DNA of 45,075 nt, filler included, from Catajapyx aquilonaris (Eukaryota): assembly GCA_000934665.2 (NCBI GenBank). It is 2 parts of 2 records of this genome, joined end to end, with 100 filler letters (N's around TTAATTAATTAA, not from the genome) between each part and the next. Parts side by side here need not be neighbours in the genome. Positions count along the whole stretch, not along the records: positions 22,585 to 45,075 come from JYFJ02005889.1; 1 more part is not named here. One strand, 5' to 3'. Below, piece by piece: positions 25,331 through 37,000 of this stretch. The notes beneath the pieces are model-generated. The model saw nothing but the letters and a program-made list of their open reading frames with translations, was not told the origin of the DNA and searched no databases. Position 1 is the stretch's first letter; each line of letters begins with the position of its first letter. The position numbers were made by a program, and so were the translations under genes.

Positions 25331-26229
25331 TAGTGCACTTATTTGTAATTTTTATGTCACACGTGACGTGAATCAATTTGGAGTAGTTATACACATTTGC
25401 ATGCCTAGGCAACCTCATATTCAGCATTTTCCTTCACAGCTCGTGATATATGATGGGGCTAAATGTTACAAAAAAATAGGGGACAAGTTGTTACAGAGTA
25501 ACAGCTCATCCCCGCTAGAAAGTTTTATTGAATTGGATCGTTCGACATTAGGTACAAAAATTTTAATGGTATAATTAGGGAAGTAAAGTTAATCACTTCA
25601 TTTTCTCTGTATATTAACAATGCTGTGTTAATTAGATCGAAGTGGAAAAAATTCCGAGTAAGGTCCAAGCGGGTCCAAGGTTCCACCTAATAAACAGTAT
25701 TTTTTCCCCCCAAAAAGCGACGTTTAAAAAACAGACGATGTAAAAATTAGAAAATTAAAATTATAACAACTAGCTCCACCCTCCCCCAATCGTGTGGCGG
25801 GCAGTGTGGGATAATTAGTTACTAAACCAAATGGGCGATGGCCCAAAAAAGTTTGGGAACCACTGGACATATTAGCATTCCCTATATGTATATTTTTTGG
25901 TATTGGCGGCGCTGACGTTACCTGACAACTAACATTTATAGGGACTGCTAATATGTCCACCACTGAACAAGTCTAAAATGTGGTGTGAAGAATGTTAAGA
26001 GACTAAGACGTGCCATTCATATTCGGTAATATTGTCGTCTACGTCACTTACGGTCGGGTTTTCGACAATAATTTATTACCCCTACATTTTTGCCTTATAT
26101 TGGGTCAACGAGTGCCCTAGCGAGAAACTTACCTGGGGTTCAGACTCACCCGTGATAATCTGGCATGAGTACAATATTTTGGTTTCGCTCTTATCAACTG
26201 ACAGTAGTTATATCCTTTTTCATTATTAT

Positions 26230-26860
26230 CTATTCTTGTGAAACCGGTATACGTAAAAGTTGCTTCTCACGAAGCTTACAAAAAAAACTACACTGAAACT
26301 TAAGACGTGCATGCAGAGATGACGTTATCACTGGCTACTTTTTGCTACATTATTTTTTGTCATTCAAGGTTAGTCACTGCATATTATACCTACTGCACAG
26401 TATGCATGCTGTAAAAGTAGCGACCTTGAGTAAGGTACTGCAGAAATGGTTGTACTTGCACTTGACCGTTGGATTCCTTCCGGAAACAATAAAAATTATT
26501 GCGATAAATGTTACGCGTCTTAACAATGCTGCGATAAATACATTTTGATATTCTGATGCGACAAGTGCATAGTATTATTCGACATACTTGATCAAATTTT
26601 TTCCTAACCAAATCGACAAAAAATGTCATTCTCCGTGTACTACTGTACGGTTTCATAAGTGCTGCGTAACTCATAAGTTAGTTCACATCCGTATCGGTAA
26701 ACGTATTTAGCGGACCATAATAATTGGCTCCTGTCGTCGAACATTCCATTTTGGCAGTGAGTTACACACATCATTGAAAAGCCTACAGGTAACGGGATTT
26801 TCAACGGTATGATAGATTCCAGGGGCGAGTTACCGATCTGATGTGAACTAACTTATGAAA
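26230..26860 (+). repeat. Dispersed repeat, copy 1 (copy 2 at ~42540-43075); includes an inverted repeat at 26671-26859
   Basis: Shared colinear blocks TATTCTTGTGAAAC.GGTAT, AGTAGCGACCTTGAGTAA, TTCGACATACTTGA and TTCCATTTTGGCAGTGAGTT.CACACATCATT. Confidence 0.75.
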
Positions 26861-28698
26861 CATGGTATTTTGTGATGAATTAACATTCACACTTTGGAGA
26901 GATGCCTTTCAATATACTGAATCCTGCGTGATTAATAAAAATTATAAAATTAATAAAAATAATGTTTGTCTGTGACAGTCACATGGGATGTTTTGCTGTT
27001 GTAAATAAACAATGAAGTCATTGGTCATATACATTAACACCTTAAATGAAACTCAGGTCGTATATTAACATTTGTAATAGACTGAAGCATGCAGAATGTC
27101 AGTATAATGTTCCAATCGCCATAAAATCCCACGACAGTTATTGTCCATTCAGTCACCACAATTATAAAGATATACTGTATGAGCTTTCGTCATAATATAG
27201 TGAGTTGTGTCGGAACATATTTGCATTCTGAGTCTGCTGAGCATGATGAGGTTTTGTGGTCAATTTTTTTGCAAAGTAATTACCTCGATGAGCGTGCAAA
27301 TGAATAAAAAAATATATTTATGAGACAACTTGTAGAGACCTTGAGGCTTGTAGCAAGAAGTTTTGGCATGCAATCTACTCTGGGATTGTGAGAGATGTCA
27401 GTATAGAGAGGCACAACAAGCGTTTCCAGCGCGAGTATACGTAACAGCCCCTTCACACCGAGTTATTGTTAGATACTCTGATGATGAGGACCCCCCCCCC
27501 CCAAAAAAAAAAATGCAAACTAGATTTACAAAATTAATTCACTGATTATAGTAATGGTGCTGATTTGCACATTGCGAATGGTCACTGCAGGTGATAGACT
27601 GATACGCGCCATAATTTTCATTCAAATATAACGAATAATATTTAACATAGTTTTGCCGGATATTCAGTATGCTAGAACAGACATGAAATAAAATTGAAAC
27701 ACTTAAAGTTAATTGATATGTTCACCAATATTTAGCAAGCACAATATTATGAGAAACTTAGTGTAAGAAAGTCAAGAAATGACATGCGAATTGGAATCGT
27801 GCCATGCCTGAGAGGATTGCATAAATGGTCTATTAGTGGCTAGTAACTACATGATGAACTTCAGACATGTTACTATTTTTTCTATCAGAAATATTCCCTA
27901 CCATTCAGCATTTTAAAATCTTTTTTAAATGCATTTCTTGTGTTCATTCAATTGTAACAATATTACAATGTTACAGGAAGGAATTTTAAATTACAAAACC
28001 TAATCAGGATGTTATAGCTGTTAGCAAATTTCCTCCCACTGGACCATACCTTACATACGAGTATGTCATGAGCGAGCCCATTTTCTGAGCAGAATACCGT
28101 ACTTTAATAATTTAAACTTGGCGGCATTACATTTTTTTTGACAGGCACCATTTTTTGCTCTTCGTGTAACTTACACTAGTTTTAATCAAAGGGGAGGGGG
28201 ATCGAATACGTATATCCATTTTAAGAGCAAAATCTTGAATACTATTTTGACATGCTGCCATTCAAACTTGTCAATGGAACATGTAGCAACGACTGTATGC
28301 AGCCTGTCAAAAATCAGCAAGTGTTCACTTACCATGTCAGTACAGGAAACCCCTTCATAATACACTGGTAGCTACGTATGTAGTTAGATGGCCTTTTCAC
28401 TCGCCTTCTCCGCATGTGAAATACAATGTCTTGAAACGTAAAAACAACTACACCTTTCTCACCAATCCTCGCATGAAAATACATTTACGTCCTGGATGTG
28501 ACTATCGTAAGCAATCTTTTCATTGGCCGCAGGGAAAAGAAGAGGTGGAAGTGTCTGTTGCGTTATACATGGATTATTCAACGATATGTGACACAGTAAT
28601 AGTTACATAAAATGGTATTCGACCATAACATCATTAGAGGTGCAGCTCACATTTTCTGCATGACGTATTAGGCTATTAGCCTATAGTATACTGGTTAA

Positions 28699-28897
28699 GG
28701 GGAAGTGCACATATTACGTCATCATCGAAGGGAGGGGGGGGGGGGGGTTGCTACCTGATGACCAAAGATGAATGGGATGAATAAACCAACCAAAAACCGG
28801 GGGCAGGGGAGGGGTTGCCAAATGATGACGAAGTATGACGAGGGGGTGGGGGTTCAAAAATGTCAAAAATGTGATGACGTAATATGTGTGCGGCCCC
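28699..28897. mobile_element. PIF/Harbinger-type MITE
   Basis: TAA TSD; TIR GGGG....GCACATATTACGTCATCA / TGATGACGTAATATGTGTGCGGCCCC. Confidence 0.82.
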
Positions 28898-29473
28898 TAA
28901 GCGCATGGCGTTTAAGAATTCTACTATAGTTTTTATTCCTGAACTATAGCCATATGTGTATAAGTTCACCATCACGGATGTTTCTTGAGGTGCAGTTGAT
29001 ACGCAACAAAATGCACACCATTACAATAATACACAGTATCATCAATGTCATCTGCTGTGTATATAGATGCACCCAAGGTCAAGTTTAAAGGAAAAATGGA
29101 AAATCCATGTTCATGGTTGTCCAAAGATATCTGCTATATATACTGCTAGATGCATAACTCGCTATCCCTTTCCATACAAGCCGAGTGAAGCCAAATCACG
29201 CCCAAAGTAAAGATGGCGTCATCGTTACTTTGGGCGGGGCAGCAGAAGCGACCATAGGGGCGGCCCCTGTGCAGATGGGCCGGACCGTCTAGTTTCCAGG
29301 GGCGCGGGGTATCCCTTGAAGATGCCCAACTACGTACAGGCCACAACGGCAAATCGATCCAAGTCGCCCAAAGCCGCCATTTTTGCTTTGGGCGACTGGC
29401 ACAAACCCCTAGCACAAACTGGCTTCACTTTTTCTTAGCAGTTATGTATATAGAAGTTATAATATAGCAGATA

Positions 29474-29832
29474 GGGGAGGTGTGGTGGCCGTGATGGTAA
29501 CGTCACGGCTTGCTGTGTGAAAGGCCCCAGGTTCGATCCCCGCCTGGGGAACTTTCCTTTCACCTGCGTCGGGAGGGTCTCTGACCTGCACCAAGGAGGT
29601 GTCTGGCAACCTAACCTCCTGGGGAACAGCACATGACCCGTTTTCAGACGTGCACCTTGCACCCATGTTCCCTCCCCAAAAATCCCCTATCCCTTCCCCA
29701 TGTCCTTTCATCCTTGCACCGGAGTGAAGAAGAAAAAATAGAAAATTGAAGAAAATGGTGGTATCCTACCCCCCTATAAGGACCCATGGCCCTAGCACGG
29801 GGTAACGTAAAAATAAATTAATAATAATAATA
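29474..29832 (+). mobile_element. tRNA-derived SINE family A, copy 2
   Basis: Highly similar to 4580-4929, with an (AAT)n tail and a 15-bp TSD ATAATATAGCAGATA (29459-29473 / 29833-29847). Confidence 0.9.
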
Positions 29833-30808
29833 ATAATATAGCAGATATCTTTGTGGTTGTCAGTAGCCTACTGTAGTCTTGTTTGGAAAATGAATGTATT
29901 TTAAGATAAGAAGGGGGGATAAATAGGGCATGGTAATACATAAAAGTGTGTTGGTGGAATAACAGGGTACTAAAATGTGAGAATTGCACCGGAGAAAAAG
30001 CCTCAACGAGAAAGTTATCGTGACACTTACCTGTAGCTTAGTCGCTCCATTAAGGACAAATTCCCCTATACTGAACGCGTTTCCGTTATATGCGACAAAA
30101 AGACACTGAACATAAACTTCTGGAACCAGAGAAATTCTCCATAATGTCTAAGACTCCCTTATATTCAGGGACTCTTGTGGAGAGGTGACACTCATCTGCC
30201 CTTGGAGATGTTTTGTATTTTTCCCATCGCATTTGGGCCACTCTATATACTTGAAGTTAAAACCACGGCGCAGATATCAAGTAACTTGGACAAAAGATGG
30301 CAAAAAAACCCAGATATATATAGTTGGGATTGTCTTCTCCAAATGCAAATATTAACAAATGCAACACTGGTGTAGTACCTATAGTTGACAGTGCACTGAT
30401 GATAAAAATGTTTCCACTGATTACTGATTAAGTCAGGGCAGCAGCTGGAAACGTATGAAACGCGGATGATTGTACACTTTAACAGTGTACGCAATGACTA
30501 ATTTTCGTTATTTCCATGTGAACCAAAAATGTAATTTCAGTTAATGAGCGTCATATACCTTGTAATTTATTCATCTATTGATAACAAAGATACTAGCTAA
30601 CCGGAATCTATACACATGCATTAGTTAAAAGATTGAATCTATGCCATAAATAATTTCAGATTCGTTATCTAATGTATATCCACAGGAAGTGACCTTTTAT
30701 GCCACTCAAGTTCACACAACTTATATACTTGTAGATAGTTATGCAATGCTTTTTTCTACACTGCCGGCCTATAAATTACCGGTATATGTCTTGTTTCTCG
30801 CGCCTCAG

Positions 30809-30840
<32 letters not shown>

Positions 30841-32060
30841 CTTAGCCTGATCCAAGAAGTCCTCATTAACTGAATAAGCAGAAGGATATGATTGTTATGT
30901 AACAAATGAGTTGAAAACAATATAATTCACAGCAAGTGCATGGGACTGTTTATTGTGTAATGTGAAGGACGCGAGATACTTATCTGATACCGGTTATACG
31001 TCTGCTTCCTTCCCATTTTGCGTTGCCTGAAAGACAATGTGAGTAATGCTGCATGTGTGCGAAAATAGTAGGCTACATGAATGATATAATTATAGCAAGT
31101 AATATGTAATCCATAAATCCTTATCCACACATAATATGGTGGCTTGTGCAGAGACACATATTATTCTTTCTGCTGTTTTGATTCTCTTATAACTATAGAG
31201 GAATATTTCACTTATATCCACGTCATGTGATGTAAGGAGTATGGTGCATCATGATAGCCTACCAGTTAGGCACCTCTTTCCATAACTGCTTTTCTGAGGC
31301 TGGCTGCCAAACTATAGAGTGCGTCAGAAAGTTATGCACCAATTGAAATACGGTAGGCTACCCAATTTAGTTATCAATGTTGGCAGTGATCTGCTTGTTT
31401 AAAGCAGTTACTTTGTAATAGTTATTTCAGCGATTATTAAATTTATAGTACCGTATTACTAGTTGGTAATATTGCTTGGCGCCATCATTTGCAATTCTGC
31501 AGAGGGTCTAGAACGGAAATTCAGTAATTGCAATTCATAACATGGATAGATTATTATTCAATTTGGCCTACTATTATAATCAACCTTAAGGGCGAATATA
31601 CCATTTTTCAGAAAAAAAGCGAAAATGCATATCTTAAGCACTAAGGTGTCACCCACCGCATATTTTGGTGAAGCGGCAGATATGTATAATTAGGAGTTTA
31701 TTAGGATGATGGCGGCAGCCATTTTGAATCCCGAAGGCGATCCAAAGCATGGGTCCAAAGCAGCCTGGACAGCAAGGAAAAAGAGGGGGAGGACCAAAAC
31801 AGCTGGGGAGGACTGCTCTATGGGATGGCTGAAGACCATGATGGTCCAGATGATGCAGAAGATGGAGGGGTTGTCGGAGGACTTTCGAAGGATTGATAAG
31901 AGGCTGTCCAGGGAGCTGGCCCAGGTGCAGAAACGGTGGAGACCATGGAGGATCTCTGGGGAAGGAGGACGGAGGAGTTGGAGAAGGAGGTAGGTAAGAG
32001 GAAGAGAAGAAGGAGAGAGAGGTGGTCTGGAGAAAGTTGGTGGAGAACAGGGGAAGAAGA

Positions 32061-32363
32061 ACCGAAGCAGTTTGGTGGAGTGGCTGTAGGGTCCGACTGC
32101 TAATTGGGAGGTCCTAGGTTCGAGCCCCGGGGCCGGCAACTCTAACCGTGGTTTTCTGTGGTTTCCCACGGTCCCTCCAGAAGAATTCCGGAGTTGTTCC
32201 CTAAATTAATAGGCCACAGCCGCCTCCTTCCTTCCCTATCCTATCCCAAAAAGCAAAGTAAAAATGTACGCAAGAGTTCCAGACAAAACAAAAATCCCCC
32301 CTAAAGAGCCGAAAAAGGCTGATAACGGGGTAAGATATTTAATTTAAATTTAAATTTAAATTT
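32061..32363 (+). mobile_element. tRNA-derived SINE family B, copy 1
   Basis: B box GGTTCGAGCCCC, (TTTAAA)n tail, 14-bp TSD AACAGGGGAAGAAG. The homologue is at 41279-41563 (-). Confidence 0.88.
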
Positions 32364-33039
32364 AACAGGGGAAGAAGGGACAATTTGGTGGTCTCTGGAA
32401 TACCAGAGGAGGTAGGGGAGGACTAAGAAGACCATCCATACATGCTATAATATCTGCCCACTACACAGTTCCTACTCAATATGTGATATATTTGAACAAA
32501 TATGTCAATCATTGTGTTGGCGTGTTACATTCCAGCTATCCCCAGCTATTTTAGTAGTGAGGTGTATGAGGTGATAGAGTGGCTACCAGTAAGAGGCAGA
32601 ACTCTGTGACGACTACTTGAGTCCAGCAGTGCTGTGTTCATCATGATTGTGGTTAATGAGGAGAGAAAATAAATCCTTCTTCGCTGCTCTTGCTGATTTT
32701 TTAATCCTTTGGTGTCGTCTTCTGTGGTTCTGGGAGAAATCAGATAATTAGAAAGATAATCTAGAAAACTTTAATAACACAGGCTTTTTACAGTAGGCTA
32801 CATAATTATGTTTTTTTTTTCATTCTACGTAGTTACAAGAGTTTCAGACACACTTACAATGAACATTGCAAAAGTGCATATGGGTATAGTGTTGGTCATA
32901 AATCGAGGCATATTGCTAGTGACATTTTCCGAAGCGGCAGAAGAAGGAATCAAAGATGAGCATACTATACAAGCCGGGTGAGCAAGATTCCTTCTTCTGC
33001 CGCTTCGGAAAATGTCGCTGGCAGTATGCCTCGATTTAT

Positions 33040-33330
33040 GGCCAACACTGTACTATACAAGGATACAGGATATTTTATGTAAGGCATGCACATGCAGACT
33101 TATGTTTCTGGAAAATAAGCCATAATGGAAGGCCATGACATTGATAGATTTCCGTGGCCTCCCATCAGACATGACCTGAACCTCACTGAAACGGGTTGGA
33201 ACAAAATGAAGCAGCGACTCAGGCTCAGGCACATTCGTCCATGCACTGTGCAGTCATTAACACAGAAACTTCGTAAAGTCTGAGACAGCTTCACACCGGA
33301 CCAATGCACAACTTTCTATACGACGGGATT
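33040..33330 (+). pseudogene. Tc1-family transposase remnant
   Basis: Translates to FPWPPIRHDLNLTETGWNKMKQRLR, resembling the Tc1 WPPxSPDLNPIENxW motif. Confidence 0.65.
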
Positions 33331-33912
33331 CTCGCCTCCTCTACACTGAGGTTAGGTTATGATTGCACCTATGAGGATTTCACGCTCTACTGGCAATGTT
33401 TTTTGTGATTATTTTGGAACCAAAACTATACTCATTTCACCCAAGCGAATCCATTTGACGCAGCCATGTGTGCTGTGAAGAGTGAACGGATACATCTGTC
33501 CATTGTCGTGCATTTTAAACCCAAATTCTTGGATGCTATGTATGACAGAGGGACCGTTTCAGTGCAATCATAAGGGCTATAGATACCCCTCTACAAGCAG
33601 AAAAACTTCGGAACACACTAATTATTGTGACCATTTATTTTCCTTTTCCTACTTTCCATATGTCGACTGCGACTGGTCGCGTTATCAAGTTGAGGAATAA
33701 TTATGTTATTCTGCGTTTGGGTAAGTATACTTACAATCAACATCACTATACAGTCGGATTATGACATTGTAACATGCTTAGTAAGAGCAACAATGGTAAT
33801 AGCATTTGACAAATCACCGTGTTCAAATGGGTTATCTCGGAGTTGTATCGTTTCCTATACCACTAATCAAAATCCATCAGCAAACTATTATTACTCGTGA
33901 CAAAAAATAAAA

Positions 33913-33918
33913 TTTATT
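33913..33918 (-). terminator. Candidate polyadenylation signal for dsx
   Basis: AATAAA on the minus strand ~125 nt after the terminal-exon stop codon. Confidence 0.4.
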
Positions 33919-34041
33919 TTGAGTTGAAAGAACTGAAACTTTCAGTTCTTTCAACTCATGTAGTGAAAGGAGGAGTGTTTTCGAACTTCCGAGGCTGCGA
34001 CACCTCCACTTACTATAGCAGTGTATCACATTACGGTGAGG

Positions 34042-37000
34042 TTACTCAGGCGGCAAAGTCCTCCCGCAGTTTTGAGACTGGATTGGGCTGAAGAAGTAGG
34101 GTGGCGTCAGAGGCGCCACAAAATTCTGGAACACTTCGGGACGCGAATACTTCATGAGAAACAGAGGCAGAGGATCAGGACGCTGCTGGTGAGCTGGAGA
34201 GGCGCCAGTCGAGGATGTGGGTCTAGGTGGCTGCTGATTGTCCACCACTGCAAGTTGCTGCTGGCGGTAATAGGCAGCGCACTGGTGGTAATAGTAGTTG
34301 AAGTACTCAGGTGAGAAGGGTGCTCGGACAGTGGTGTCGTGAATTGCCAAAGAGCGAAGTTCAGATTCGGCTGCAATATTATTGAAGTGGTTATCTGGGG
34401 AAGTCGGCAAATATAAATGAACATTCAACCTCTATAGTAGATCATCTACCTGAGTCAGTGGTTCAGCATGTTCGACAAAATTATTTTGGATGAATGGCTC
34501 TGGGTTCAAATAAACTGACAAGAGACATACAGCGGCTGATAATGACGGATCCTGATGAAACTGAACATGCTAACACAGGACAATATAATATTTGCAAAAA
34601 AAGTTACGACGTGTTAAAGAGACAAAAGTGGTACATTTCCATACACAATGGGATTAAGTTAGCGACCACATAATTATTATAATGATATTGAAGTGTGTAA
34701 TCAGTTTTATTGTATCAAATACACATTATTTAACTGTCGTATCATTTATTTACACATAGTATGCAGTTCACATTTTAATGAATGGTTGATACAGAAACAA
34801 ATACCGGTACTGAAATGTGCAAAACAAAAGAAACTGATCTCATGACATTCCGGTATCATGAGTGTCAACCTCACCGATTAGGTCTACTTTACTTCTTTAC
34901 TTGTAAAGTACATCAGTGACACTATTGTTTCCATAATGGATTAATGGAACATATTGGCACAGAGATAATAGTGTTTCATTCGTATTCAACTTAGCATTTA
35001 CCCACTTTCAGTTTTCTGCGCCAATGTTCTGTGAAATGATAAAATATACATTTTACTCTAGTGGATACTTTCCAGAATCAAATGCACCATTCACCAGACC
35101 AATATAGTTCTGTTTTGACAACTTAGCGAGTGACAAGTATGCTACATGTGATGAGATGAGCTTCTTTTGTTGTGCCCATTGCAATATTTGTTTCTGTATC
35201 AACCATGCATTAAAAAGTGAATTTCACATGTGTAAATAAATATTGTCGTGCGGGTTAGCATGTTCACTTACTCGTACATAGCTGTTCTGTATTGAAATTT
35301 GCAAATAAACGATTGATTTATTGATTGAACAGAGCAAGTGTGTGCCTCAACCTTGAGGTGCAAAACTTGCGATTATGAAGCTGAGATCAGTGACAGATGG
35401 GAAAATCACCCCCGCTCCAGTATACAGTGCCTTCCCAGGCGTGGAAACTGAAGCCGGGTAATCGAAAGCAGCAATTTTCCCACCAATGCAATGGGCCAAA
35501 AAAATTGTTTTTATAACCGAGGTGAGGTGAAATGAAAAGTGAGTCTGTTATATCATGAGTAAAAATACACAGGGCGGGACCAACCTTTCAAGTTTGTTAT
35601 AACCGAGAGTCTGTTACAGCCGAGGCTGTTATATCCGAAATCAACTGAATGACCCAAAATAGAAAGGGCATAAGTCCACCATTTGGCCAAAATGACTTTT
35701 TCGAGGAAGCAAGATTAAGTATGGAGCGCATAATATCCAGTATGAGAGGAAGCAAAAGCCCCCACCCATATGCTATATTTAAGCATGTCAGATTTGCCTG
35801 GACTTACACCATTTCCATGCTGAAATTTCTGGTTAGGAATGAAAAGGCAATTAGTCCATCGTGACGTCTACCTGTCAGAGGGCACAGCTTTCTACCTTGT
35901 GACAGGTGTTTCACAGTCATTGAAAAAATGAAACGCAAGAGGGAGAAGGTGGAGGTATACCACAAGGTTGGTATGGCATGGTTCGGGATAAATACGATGT
36001 CACCATCATGACAGGGGAACATTTCAAGGATTACAAGGGGCACTTGCAGAGCTTCTTCAAAAGGACTGTCACATACAATGACAATAGGTTCAGTATTTCA
36101 AAGTACAAGCAACATACCTATAGTAGTTCTCATGAGTTTGAGGTAAAGACTTCGGGAGCCATGAATTGTGAACCATCGTATTTCTGCAAAACTTGCAAAC
36201 CAAAGGTAAAAGAAATAGCTTTTCCAAGGGAGGCGCTATATGGGGAGGCATTACCCAGCATAAAGCCCTTGAAACTCACAGATGTTTTGAAACTCTGTAA
36301 GTATTTAACAAGTGGCGCACAGTCTCTCTATACGTAAGTCACTAACTAAGGACAACACAGGGGGAGAGGAATCTGAGGGCGACAGTGACTGAGGGCACAA
36401 TGTTGCTGCCTTGGTGGGAAATGATACTAATATCCCCTCTCAAAACCAAGGACGTATGGGAGATATGTGTCATTAATCGGTAAATACCGACATGTATTCA
36501 GAAAAATGTTGAAGTAGACTGTGTATATCAATGAGTGCATTATTTTGTGTTACTTATGTCGTCATGTGGCAGAACGGCACAGATTTCCTCATCCTCCCAT
36601 CATTCAGAATGAAAAGGATGTAAGGTCCAGTCGCTTTAAATCACTCGCACGCATCTGTAATGTTTTCCACCGACCTGTGGTCAACATGATGCCAAAGGAG
36701 ACTGAGATCAACATTTCCGCGAGTCCGACCACCTTGAAGAATTTACAACGCCGCATTTCAGTTTTTTTTTGCCTCTCCTGTAAAATTAGGTCTCATGGAC
36801 TTATGCCCTTTCCATTTTGGGTCATTCAACTGTAGTATAAGGACTGATACACAAAGTCATCCATAACCACTTTTATGACTCCTGCAGCGTGTGGAGAAAT
36901 GCAAATTTTGAAAATAAATTTTAATTTTTCTCCTTCAGAAACTGGACCACTTATTGCTATGCATTTTTAGCTTCCTATACTGTACTGTACGAGGGTCGTC

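Noticed and set aside
35319..35331. TRA/TRA2-like element TGTTCAATCAATA on the dsx sense strand
   Set aside because: Single 11/13 match in an ATTG-rich tract beside a transposon remnant; no cluster near the candidate female exon.
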